NCBI GenBank assembly: GCA_018304425.1
Contig: JAGVWE010000002.1
Span: 416,001-480,000 of the forward strand
Reading direction: 5' to 3'
Length of the DNA: 64,000 nt
From: Candidatus Iainarchaeum sp.
GTDB taxonomy: Archaea; Iainarchaeota; Iainarchaeia; Iainarchaeales; UBA10219
In this document: positions 55,920 to 64,000 of the stretch, piece by piece
Layout of the letters: each line of letters opens with the position of its first letter
Numbering within the stretch: the stretch's first letter is position 1
Notes under the pieces: generated by a model
Told to the model about the DNA's origin: nothing
The model's database searches: none
The model's input: only the letters and a program-made list of their open reading frames with translations
Position numbers and translations under genes: made by a program

Positions 55920-56307
55920 ATCCAGGCTCATGCTCCTAACGCTTTCCGCCAGCGCGCTCGCCTACGCCATGAAGTCACACTGGCTCCCGCCCCTCACCGA
56001 ATTCCAGGCAATCCTCGGCATCTTCCTATCCTTTGTCCCGGTCGGCTACCAGTTCACGTCCGCGCTCTTCTCCAAAGACCAGCTCTCGTTCCCGGAAAAA
56101 ACCGCGCTCACCCTCTTCTCCTCCTATGCCATGATTTCCACGACCTACTTCGCTTCCAGCCTGTTCCTCGGCCTTTCCTTTTCCTTCAAGAACAGCCTCC
56201 TCACCGTCAACCTCCTGGCCCTCTTCTTCTACGCGGCCTACCTCCTGCGCTTCCACCTCAAAAGCCTCCCAATTCCAGCAAAACTAAGAAGCGCCCTCGG
56301 TGAATGA
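55903..56307 (+). CDS. Membrane protein resembling the DUF1616 N-terminal TM part
   Basis: FVPVGY..ALF..L..EK.AL...S pattern. Confidence 0.6.
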   Translation: MLKTTESRLMLLTLSASALAYAMKSHWLPPLTEFQAILGIFLSFVPVGYQFTSALFSKDQLSFPEKTALTLFSSYAMISTTYFASSLFLGLSFSFKNSLLTVNLLALFFYAAYLLRFHLKSLPIPAKLRSALGE

Positions 56308-56308
56308 C

Positions 56309-56740
56309 ATGTGGGAAAAAGAAATGTACCTGAACAAGTCCATCACGGACATCCTGGTATGGATGACCATCGCAGCCTGCTTACTCGCCCTGTTCCTGCT
56401 CTCCTCCGCCGGTTCCCCCCGGTACGGTTCGGCCCTCTACCTCAAGCCCACCAGCTACTCCAACTACGTCAATGACGACACCGTAACCTTCGTCTTCGGC
56501 GTCAAAAACTATGAAGCCACTGACATAAATTACCTCATCGAAGTAAGGGCCGGAGACTATTTGCTCAAAAAACAGTCCCTCTTCGTGCCACGGCGCCAGC
56601 GCCTCGAAAAATCCGAGACCCTCTCCATTGACCCGGCCAAAACCAGGCTCGTTTACCCCGCCAAGCTACGGGTCATCCTCTCCAAACCCGGTTCCCCCGA
56701 AAAACAGGCGGTCTTCTACTGGCTCAAAGAAGCCCGCTAA
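56309..56740 (+). CDS. Membrane-anchored beta protein resembling the DUF1616 C-terminal domain
   Basis: One TM, then LY..Y..FVFGVKNYE...Y.IEV...VFYWL; GGTGA RBS. Confidence 0.6.
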   Translation: MWEKEMYLNKSITDILVWMTIAACLLALFLLSSAGSPRYGSALYLKPTSYSNYVNDDTVTFVFGVKNYEATDINYLIEVRAGDYLLKKQSLFVPRRQRLEKSETLSIDPAKTRLVYPAKLRVILSKPGSPEKQAVFYWLKEAR

Positions 56741-56751
56741 CCAAGGCCCGC

Positions 56752-59700
56752 CTAATACTTTTCCCGTTCAAAGTGCAGGGTCAAGTAAAGCAAGACGATT
56801 TCAATGATGGCCGTGGCAATGCCGGCCTCGAAGCCGAACGCCTTGTTGAACACCAGGGGCACGAAAAAGAAGCCGGTGCCGACCCCCAACCGGATTCCCC
56901 GCTCCACCGCAATTTCCCGCGGGCTCTTCACGATTTCCAGTTCCTCCCTGAACAGGGCCTGGCTCCGGTCATATGCCAGCACCATGGAAATCATGGACAG
57001 CAACAGCAGCACCATCACCAGCAACGGCATCTCCAGCACGCGCGGCCCGAACGCCACAGCCGGCAACACCATCAACTGTTTCTGGCTGGCAACCCACTGG
57101 GACAACCCGTTAAACTCCTTCCCGGTCGAAAGCGTGTACTTATACGCTTCCACCCGGTACTTGCCTGATTCCTCAATCCGATACCTCGCCACGCCCCGCT
57201 CATCGGTCTGCAGCTTCACCAGACTGCCACTCGGCGAGACGATGGACACGGTGGCCTGCCTCAAATCCCCCAACAAGGGGTGCGAGACCCGCACGATTTG
57301 CTCTTCGCCCACCACGGGCTCGGCCCGCTCAAACGAAAGCTGCAACGGCAACCCCGAGATGACGGCCTCCGTGGGCCCACAACCTTCATCCGCCTTGCCA
57401 TTTCCATTGTCGTCCACCCCATTGCCGCAGACCTCGACTTCCGCTTCCTCGCAACCCTCGTCCACGTAACCGTTCACGTTGTCATCCAAGTCATTGCCGC
57501 AAACCTCTTCCAGGGAAACGGTCTTCGAGACCTCCACAACGTTGTTGACTTCATTGCTTTCCTTGTTCTCGTTTTCCGCGTCCACCCACAAATAATACCT
57601 GGCTTCCCGCAGCTGTTCCCCGGCATTCACCTTGAACGCCAGTTCCCTGGACTCCAGGGGCTGGAGACCATCAACTTTGGCCTCCCCCACGGGCTTCCCC
57701 TCCAGGCCGCCGGCGAACAGCGCGGCCTTGAACGGCCCCACTTCCTTTTCCCCCGAATTGACGACCTCAAACCGCAAGTCATAGTCCTGGTTCTGCAACA
57801 ACGTTGCGCCCAGCGGTGCCACCAAACCAGCACGCAAGTCAGCAAAGTCCGAGCCAAACACCTTGACCTCGAATTCCGCTGCATCCTTGAGCCCCGAGTC
57901 ATCGGTAACCGTCAACCCAACCTTTTTGACGCCAATGCCCTTGAAGCTATGCGTGACCCTCGCCCCCCTGATCTTGCCTTCCTCCCCGAAATCCCATTCA
58001 TAGGAGGCAATGCTTCCGTCATCCGTTGACTCCGCAGCATCGAACACCGTGCGCAGATTCACATAGGTTTTTTCCTGGGCCCTCGGCCGCGCCCTCGGCT
58101 TTATGCCGGCCACGATTCCCTGTTTTGCCGTTCCATGAATGCCATCGTTGTCCCTTACCCTCAACCCCACCTCATACTCGCCGATTCTTCCAAACACGTG
58201 GGAAACCCTTGCCCCCTCCGCCTTTTCCCCATCCCCGAAGTCCCATTGGTAGGCCTGGATGCTGCCATCCCGGTCCACCGACTTTTCCGCCGAAAAAGCC
58301 ACGGCCAACGGCGGCAAGCCTTCCACCTTATCCGCCTCGACAACCGCCAACGGTTCGTTTCCCACCACCACTGTTTTCTTGGCTTCGTTGACCTGGCCCT
58401 CGTTGTCCGTTACCCGCAGCCGCACCTCATACTCGCCGTTCCCGGCATAGGTGTGCGCGGCCTCCACGCGGTTCGAGGTTGCCCCATCCCCGAAGTCCCA
58501 TTGGTAGGCCTGGATGCTGCCATCCTCGTCCACCGATTTACCGGCGTCAAACGCGATGGTCAAGGGAGCTGCGCCCTTCTCCGCTGAAGCCCTGATTACG
58601 GGAGTCGGCTCCCTCCGGCAGACAATCTGCAACGTGATCTCCTTGGAATTGTTCTTCGCATCCGCGTCCCGCACATCCTCAATCGACAGGATGAACGTTA
58701 CCGCCCCACACAACCCAGTGGTATCCAATTCCACGACCTGCTGGATGGGCTGCTCCAGCACCAGCACCCGCACGCTGTCCAAGCCGCCAACGCCCTCCTT
58801 GTTCACCGCCTTCAGCGTGGCCACGTAAAGCCCCGCCTCCTTATATGCATGGCTCACCTGGGTCGCCGGCGGTTGGAAGGACACGTCAAAGGTTCCATCC
58901 CCGTCAAAGTCCAGCTCATACCGCATCACTTCGCTGCCCTCCGTCACGGACTTGTCGGCATCAAACACGACGTTCAAGGGCTTCACGCCATAAAACGGCG
59001 TGGCCGTCAACACCGCGTTCGGCGGAACCCCACCGGCAAAAGGCGACTGCAGCCACGCAATCCCCGGACTGCCCCTCAACCGGGCTTTCTCCGCCGCCAA
59101 ATACCCCACGATGTTCGCATAGTCCACCGCCAGGTTCGTTATGGGCAACTCAATGGACTTGAATTCCGCCAACGGCTTGTCCTCCGCCCCCTTCAAGTAC
59201 ACGCGCACCGTGAACGGCGAGCTCTTGGCCGCTCCAAAGTTGTCCACGCTCACGTTCACCTTCACCTTTTCCCCGCTGTTCACCACCAGTTTTTCCGGTG
59301 CAGCCGTCTTGATCACCAGGTCGGCTTCCTTGCAGGTGCCGCAGTCCCCCGAACAATAGGCGGGGGAATTCGGGTTACAGGTCTCGTTCAGGCAAAAATT
59401 GTCCCCGCACACGCCCTCCGACTGGATGGTCGTTTCGCACAAGCCGTTCGTGCACGCGCACACGTTAAACACCGTTTCCCCTTTCGCCGGGAAATCCTGT
59501 CCCACCGCGTAATCACAGCCTCCAACGCCCACGCACTGGACATCCGACTTGCATTCCACCGCCTGGCAGTCCTGGGCGCAACTGGTCGGGTCTTCCCCGA
59601 TTTTTTCCTCGCACAAGCCGTCCCCGCACTTAGGCGGAGCGCAGTCCGAGGGGCAGGAGGCATAGTCCTCGCCATACCGGGAATTGCACAACAAGTCCCC

Positions 59701-60153
59701 GCACACCGCACAATACTGCGCGCAACCGGTTTTCCCCCCATAGGCGTCTGTAATCCACTGGCAGCACTGCATGGTTTCCACGCAGTCGCCAGGACAGTCC
59801 AAGACGCTTTCCCCGTCCTCGCACACGCTGTTCCCGCACACGGGCTTGCAGTCCCCAGGGCAGGTGCCCGACGACTCGCTTCCATCGCATTGGCCGTTCC
59901 CGCAACTCACCATCGGGCAGTCGTTGGGGCAGTTCTTGAACGACTCGTTCTGCTCGCAGGCATAGTTGCCGCAACTGTCCGGCCCGCAATAGCAGGCCTT
60001 GGTGTTGGAGTTGCACAACGGAATGCTGTCCGTTTCTCCCGCACAGGAAACACTCCGGCATTCCTCGTCCGACCGGCAAAAAGCCGTTACACTCGTTGCC
60101 AGCACGAAAAACGCAAACGCAACCAACCAAAGCCTCGGGCCCCACATTCCCAT
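56752..60153 (-). CDS. Large modular surface protein: 6 Cys-rich repeats, CARDB-like, 4 PKD, CARDB-like, 2 EVCGN-DD-NG-DEGC repeats, C-terminal TMs
   Basis: CGNxxCxxxExxxxCPxDC repeats; YQWDFGDG PKD motifs; ESNEVNN CARDB end. Confidence 0.9.
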   Translation of the reverse strand: MGMWGPRLWLVAFAFFVLATSVTAFCRSDEECRSVSCAGETDSIPLCNSNTKACYCGPDSCGNYACEQNESFKNCPNDCPMVSCGNGQCDGSESSGTCPGDCKPVCGNSVCEDGESVLDCPGDCVETMQCCQWITDAYGGKTGCAQYCAVCGDLLCNSRYGEDYASCPSDCAPPKCGDGLCEEKIGEDPTSCAQDCQAVECKSDVQCVGVGGCDYAVGQDFPAKGETVFNVCACTNGLCETTIQSEGVCGDNFCLNETCNPNSPAYCSGDCGTCKEADLVIKTAAPEKLVVNSGEKVKVNVSVDNFGAAKSSPFTVRVYLKGAEDKPLAEFKSIELPITNLAVDYANIVGYLAAEKARLRGSPGIAWLQSPFAGGVPPNAVLTATPFYGVKPLNVVFDADKSVTEGSEVMRYELDFDGDGTFDVSFQPPATQVSHAYKEAGLYVATLKAVNKEGVGGLDSVRVLVLEQPIQQVVELDTTGLCGAVTFILSIEDVRDADAKNNSKEITLQIVCRREPTPVIRASAEKGAAPLTIAFDAGKSVDEDGSIQAYQWDFGDGATSNRVEAAHTYAGNGEYEVRLRVTDNEGQVNEAKKTVVVGNEPLAVVEADKVEGLPPLAVAFSAEKSVDRDGSIQAYQWDFGDGEKAEGARVSHVFGRIGEYEVGLRVRDNDGIHGTAKQGIVAGIKPRARPRAQEKTYVNLRTVFDAAESTDDGSIASYEWDFGEEGKIRGARVTHSFKGIGVKKVGLTVTDDSGLKDAAEFEVKVFGSDFADLRAGLVAPLGATLLQNQDYDLRFEVVNSGEKEVGPFKAALFAGGLEGKPVGEAKVDGLQPLESRELAFKVNAGEQLREARYYLWVDAENENKESNEVNNVVEVSKTVSLEEVCGNDLDDNVNGYVDEGCEEAEVEVCGNGVDDNGNGKADEGCGPTEAVISGLPLQLSFERAEPVVGEEQIVRVSHPLLGDLRQATVSIVSPSGSLVKLQTDERGVARYRIEESGKYRVEAYKYTLSTGKEFNGLSQWVASQKQLMVLPAVAFGPRVLEMPLLVMVLLLLSMISMVLAYDRSQALFREELEIVKSPREIAVERGIRLGVGTGFFFVPLVFNKAFGFEAGIATAIIEIVLLYLTLHFEREKY
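58227..58525. repeat. Identical 44-bp segment in adjacent PKD domains (58227-58270 and 58482-58525)
   Basis: CCCCATCCCCGAAGTCCCATTGGTAGGCCTGGATGCTGCCATCC twice, 255 bp apart. Confidence 0.9.
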
Positions 60154-60224
60154 TCCTTCACTCCCTGCCAATATAATGCGTCTCCCCCATTATAATGTTT
60201 TTGCCCCGCCCTGTTGCACGCCCT

Positions 60225-61766
60225 TTAAGCGGGTTTTCCCGTCCCAGTCCGCGCTGCGGCCGCGGGCTCCACACGTTTCTCCTGCTTTATGGGTATGGTA
60301 AAGCAAAAGGTAGCCCCCTTGCCCAGCTCGGATTCCACCCAAATCTTGCCTCCATGCGCTTCAATCAAGCCCTTGCAGATACTCAGCCCCAGCCCGGTTC
60401 CCTTGAATTCCTCGCTGACAGCCGACCTAACCTGGTAAAACTTCTGGAACAACTTCGGCACTTCTTCCTTGGCGATGCCGATGCCGTTGTCCGACACGCT
60501 TACCTGCACCAGTTTCCCGGCCTTTTTGGCCTCTACGCGGATCTTCCCCCTTTCCGACGTGAACTTCACGGCATTGTGGATGAGGTTGGTCAACACGCGC
60601 ATCAACGCATTCTTGTCCGCTTCAATCATGGGCACGTCCTTTCCAACCTGGATTTCCATGCGCAGCTCCTTTCGGATGGCGAACCCCATCATTTCCTGGA
60701 CCGCGTTCTTGATTACCTCCCCCACGTTCATGGACTCGCAATTCAATTGAAGCCGGCCCGATTCAATCCTCGACAGGCTCGACAGGTCCTCGATGAGGTT
60801 CTGGGAGAGGCTGATGCTCCTCGAAATGATTTCCAGGCTCTCGCGTTGCTTGCGGTTCAAGGGCCCGAAATGCTCTTCCAACAACAGCTCCAGGTAGCCC
60901 TTGATGGGCGTCAACGGCGTCTTCAACTCGTGCGTCATGATGTTGAAGAAGTCCTGCCGCGACTTCTCCTCCTGCTTGAGCTTGGCCAGGGTATCCTTGA
61001 AGCCCTGCTCTTCTTCCACCAAGTCGTTCACGTCCACGAACAGCAACTGCAACGCCGGGGGATTTCCTGCCAGCACCGAGTAATCGATGCGGTAGGCTCG
61101 GTCCTTGCCGTTCTTGGCCTTTACCCGGGCCTCGAAGCGGCCGCTCTTCCCCTTGGCCAACAGCTCCTGGCCCTGCCCAGGGCCCAGGAAGCCCAGGGCT
61201 TCCGCGTTATAGCCCAGCACCTCCGCGTTCGAGTACCTGAATTCCTCCAAGAACTCGGCATTCACCGACTCAAACCGGCCCACGCCATCCACCACGGCCA
61301 TGGCCTCGTTGGCGGCCTCAAACAGTTTCCGGTACAATTCCTGGTCAGGAGCCTCTTCCACGGTGCGCGCGATGCCGTGCACGCCCACAATCTTTTCCCC
61401 TGCCTTCATGGGCTTCGCGCTGATCTCGATGAACAAGTGCTTTCCCGCCTTGTCCACCACCGCGGTCTTATGCCCGTACACGGCTTTGCCCTTCAACACC
61501 TTCTCCAGTTCCCGCACATCCGACAGCACCCGTTCCGGCACCAGGATGCGGGTAAAGCTCTTGCCAATGAGTTCCTGCCGCTGGACGCCCAGCCGTTCCT
61601 CGGCCCGCTTGTTCAGGTACGTAAAGTTCCCGTTCTCGTCCAACTCGAAAACCGATTCGGGCGCGTTCTCCAGCAACTCCGCATGTTCTTCCCGTAACCG
61701 GGCTACTTCCGCCCGTAACCGCCCGATTTCGGCGTCCCTCTCCTGCAAGGCTTCCGCTGCCACCAT
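60225..61766 (-). CDS. Soluble PAS-PAS sensor histidine kinase
   Basis: Two PAS-like domains; THELKTPL H-box, [21 protein letters not shown]; no TM. Confidence 0.96.
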   Translation of the reverse strand: MVAAEALQERDAEIGRLRAEVARLREEHAELLENAPESVFELDENGNFTYLNKRAEERLGVQRQELIGKSFTRILVPERVLSDVRELEKVLKGKAVYGHKTAVVDKAGKHLFIEISAKPMKAGEKIVGVHGIARTVEEAPDQELYRKLFEAANEAMAVVDGVGRFESVNAEFLEEFRYSNAEVLGYNAEALGFLGPGQGQELLAKGKSGRFEARVKAKNGKDRAYRIDYSVLAGNPPALQLLFVDVNDLVEEEQGFKDTLAKLKQEEKSRQDFFNIMTHELKTPLTPIKGYLELLLEEHFGPLNRKQRESLEIISRSISLSQNLIEDLSSLSRIESGRLQLNCESMNVGEVIKNAVQEMMGFAIRKELRMEIQVGKDVPMIEADKNALMRVLTNLIHNAVKFTSERGKIRVEAKKAGKLVQVSVSDNGIGIAKEEVPKLFQKFYQVRSAVSEEFKGTGLGLSICKGLIEAHGGKIWVESELGKGATFCFTIPIKQEKRVEPAAAARTGTGKPA

Positions 61767-61855
61767 TTCCCGTTCCCTCTAAAGCGTTACTTATATTAAG
61801 CGGTAGTTCTTTATATTACTAACACCGCGGAAAACCCGCCAAAAGGCCTTTACTC

Positions 61856-62212
61856 ATGCCACGCATCCTGGTCGTCGACGATTCCGGTTACACGCGGAGC
61901 ATGCTCCGTGCCGCCCTCGAAGTCGAGGGCTTCACCGACATCCTAGAGGCCTCCACCGGCAAGGAAGCCATCCAAAAGTATTCCATCAACAAACCCGACC
62001 TGGTGCTATTAGACATCGTCCTCGTCGAAATGGACGGCATCGAGGTCCTCCGCGCCATCAAGAAAATGGACGCCAACGCCAAGGTCATCATCATCAGCGC
62101 CGTCGGCCAGGAAAAATACATCAACGAAGCAAGGGCCCTCGGCGTGCTCGGCTACATCGCCAAACCCTTTTCCCCCAAGGAGCTTATCACCAAAATCCGC
62201 GAAATAATCTGA
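61856..62212 (+). CDS. Single-domain (CheY-like) response regulator
   Basis: VVDDS, DLVLLD phospho-acceptor, ISA, KPF. Confidence 0.95.
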   Translation: MPRILVVDDSGYTRSMLRAALEVEGFTDILEASTGKEAIQKYSINKPDLVLLDIVLVEMDGIEVLRAIKKMDANAKVIIISAVGQEKYINEARALGVLGYIAKPFSPKELITKIREII

Positions 62213-62239
62213 ACCCGTTTTCTCCCGCCTTTTCCCGCC

Positions 62240-62884
62240 CTAGAATATCTTTCCCTTCCGCACCAGCATCCGCCGGTCCAGGGCCTCCAGCAGCGCCCGC
62301 AACCCGAGCTCGTCGATGAACAGGATGAACTTGCCTTCGACCTCTTTTTCGCCGGGCAACAGGAAATCCGTTCCAATCACCAGGCCATACTTGATGTCCG
62401 AGTTGATCTGGCCAATCAGTTGCCCGGCGATGGCCGAGGCATCCAGGACGATCTGCGTGTTCTCCGGGGAAAACTTTTCGTCGAAAAAGTTGGCCAACGG
62501 GTTCAGGTACGCGTTGTTGAGGATGTGCGCCAACTCGATGAAGGTGCTGACATCCATTTCCTCGAGCTTCTTTGGCACCCTGCCGGCCTGCTTGTTCATC
62601 AACTCCACCAGAGCCGAAGCGGTTTTCCGCTTGAAGATGATGATGAGCACGGCCTTCTTCTGGCTGAAAATCTGGATGGGCGTGCAGGCCAGCACCTCGT
62701 GGGGGCCGCCCAGGAAAGAGGTTATCCGTTCAATGGGAATCAACTGGATGTAGGGCACGGTCAGCTTGACCGGCCGCCCGATGATGGCCGACAAGGTGTT
62801 GGTCGCCTTGGCCGACCCAAGGTTACTCACTTCCTTGAGCGTGTCCTTTTCCATGGGCGTAAGCCGGATGCTTTCCTCTTCCAT
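62240..62884 (-). CDS. cheC: CheC-family phosphatase
   Basis: D.LKEVSN-x22-P first active-site motif; second motif degenerate (ELAH). Confidence 0.85.
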   Translation of the reverse strand: MEEESIRLTPMEKDTLKEVSNLGSAKATNTLSAIIGRPVKLTVPYIQLIPIERITSFLGGPHEVLACTPIQIFSQKKAVLIIIFKRKTASALVELMNKQAGRVPKKLEEMDVSTFIELAHILNNAYLNPLANFFDEKFSPENTQIVLDASAIAGQLIGQINSDIKYGLVIGTDFLLPGEKEVEGKFILFIDELGLRALLEALDRRMLVRKGKIF

Positions 62885-62939
62885 GCCCAAAACCTTCGGC
62901 AATACTAGGTTTTCCCGGTTATTAAACCTGCCTTGTTCA

Positions 62940-64000
62940 TTACTCTCTTGCCTTCTCCCACTCCACTTCGGGGAACTCCCGGAGCTTGGCGAACACGGTT
63001 TCCCTGATTTCCGCCAGCTTTTCCTGGGTCTTGGCCTCGAACCGCAACGTGAGATAGGGGTTGGTGTTGCTGGCCCGCACCAGGCCCCAGGCCCCTTCCC
63101 CGAACAACACCCGGATCCCGTCCACGGTGATGGCGGGAAACCGGGCCGCAAAATGGGCCTTTACTCGTTCCACGACTTCGAACTTTTTCTCGTCCGGGCA
63201 CGGCACCTTTATCTCGTGCGTGGCGAACACCCTGGGCAGGCCTTCCAACAACGCCGAAAACGGTTTCCCCTCCCCCTCATAGTACTTGAGGAGCCGCAGC
63301 GCGGCCAACAGCGAGTCGTCGAACCCGTAATAGTCTTCGCGGAAGAACAGGTGCCCCGAAACCTCTCCCCCCAGCAACGCGTTTTCCTCCCGCATCTTCT
63401 GCTTGATGAGGGAGTGCCCGGCCTTCCACACAATGGCCTTGCCCCCATGCGCCTCGATGTCGTCGAACACGTTCTGCGAGCACTTGACTTCGCCCACGAT
63501 TTTCGCGCCCGGGCACCGCTTCAACAAGTCCCGGGCCAGCAACAACAAGAGGTTATCCGCGGTATGCGCTTGCCCCCGCTCGTCGACCACCCCAATCCGG
63601 TCTCCATCGCCGTCAAAGCCCAGGCCCAGCTCCGCCTTCTCCCGCACCACGGCCTCCTTGAGCCAAGCCAGGTTGGCCTCGACTTCTGGGTCGGGCAAGT
63701 GCGTGGGGTAACGGGAGTCCGGCTCGCAAAACAATTCCACGACCTCGCAGCCGGCTGCCCGCAACACCTTCGGGGCATACAAGCCCGCAATGCCGTTGCC
63801 CGCGTCCACGACTACCTTCGTCTTTCGCTTCAGTTTCACGCGTTTCCCGAGTTCCCGGAAATAGTCTTCGGCCACGTCTTTTTCGTCGAGTTCCCCGCTT
63901 CCCACCGCGAACTCCCCTCGTTCCGCGATTCGCCGGATTTCCTGCACGGCCTTCCCGTACACGGGCCGCGCCTCCTTTTCCGTCAACTTGAATCCATTGA
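62940..64000 (-). CDS. Phosphomannomutase/phosphoglucomutase (5' part outside the window)
   Basis: VVVDAGNG, FDGDGDR, GHS, GEVSGH, RASNT. Confidence 0.95.
   Translation of the reverse strand, partial: NGFKLTEKEARPVYGKAVQEIRRIAERGEFAVGSGELDEKDVAEDYFRELGKRVKLKRKTKVVVDAGNGIAGLYAPKVLRAAGCEVVELFCEPDSRYPTHLPDPEVEANLAWLKEAVVREKAELGLGFDGDGDRIGVVDERGQAHTADNLLLLLARDLLKRCPGAKIVGEVKCSQNVFDDIEAHGGKAIVWKAGHSLIKQKMREENALLGGEVSGHLFFREDYYGFDDSLLAALRLLKYYEGEGKPFSALLEGLPRVFATHEIKVPCPDEKKFEVVERVKAHFAARFPAITVDGIRVLFGEGAWGLVRASNTNPYLTLRFEAKTQEKLAEIRETVFAKLREFPEVEWEKARE

Noticed and set aside
58849-61697. 448-aa and 500-aa + strand ORFs
   Set aside because: Antisense shadows of the surface protein and histidine kinase
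61691-61721. CCCGTAACCG repeated at 21-nt spacing
   Set aside because: Encodes a coiled-coil heptad (RLR..RLR) in the kinase N-terminus
1-64000. Prophage, transposase, defence system, intein or stop-codon recoding
   Set aside because: No such motifs seen; conserved enzymes are full length under the standard code with no in-frame insertions

Overview
Gene-dense (~60 CDS), GC-rich archaeal chromosomal segment. Evidence for an archaeal origin: TATA-box promoters (several leaderless), GGTGA-type ribosome-binding sites, an Lrp regulator, single-domain KaiC-like ATPases and the thiolase/DUF35/HMG-CoA-synthase trio. The gene content suggests a DPANN lineage, perhaps Diapherotrites-like, but that is inference. 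Main blocks: (1) 2.9-12.3 kb, a complete 10-gene mevalonate cluster joining an archaeal upper pathway to class II HMG-CoA reductase and a classical bacterial-type lower pathway (MVK, PMK, MVD) plus IDI-2, with two embedded HAD phosphatases; (2) an NAD kinase-wHTH fusion, PPDK, a coiled-coil protein and a KaiC-like ATPase; (3) 18.5-46 kb, a large surface-glycosylation region (16 GT2/GT4 domains, two kinds of initiating phosphoglycosyltransferase, methyltransferases, a radical SAM enzyme). It also holds an exosortase/archaeosortase, a non-catalytic paralog of its N-terminal domain and an unexplained four-hairpin element flanked by a 13-bp direct repeat; (4) 43.8-60 kb, Ig/PKD/Cys-rich surface proteins, a second KaiC-like ATPase, an ABC-2 exporter, a GT-C-like protein and a split DUF1616-like pair; (5) a PAS histidine kinase/CheY-like/CheC triad and a partial phosphomannomutase. 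No rRNA, tRNA, CRISPR array or transposase was seen. All family calls come from motif recognition by eye, not database searches. Several start codons were adjusted from the ORF track.
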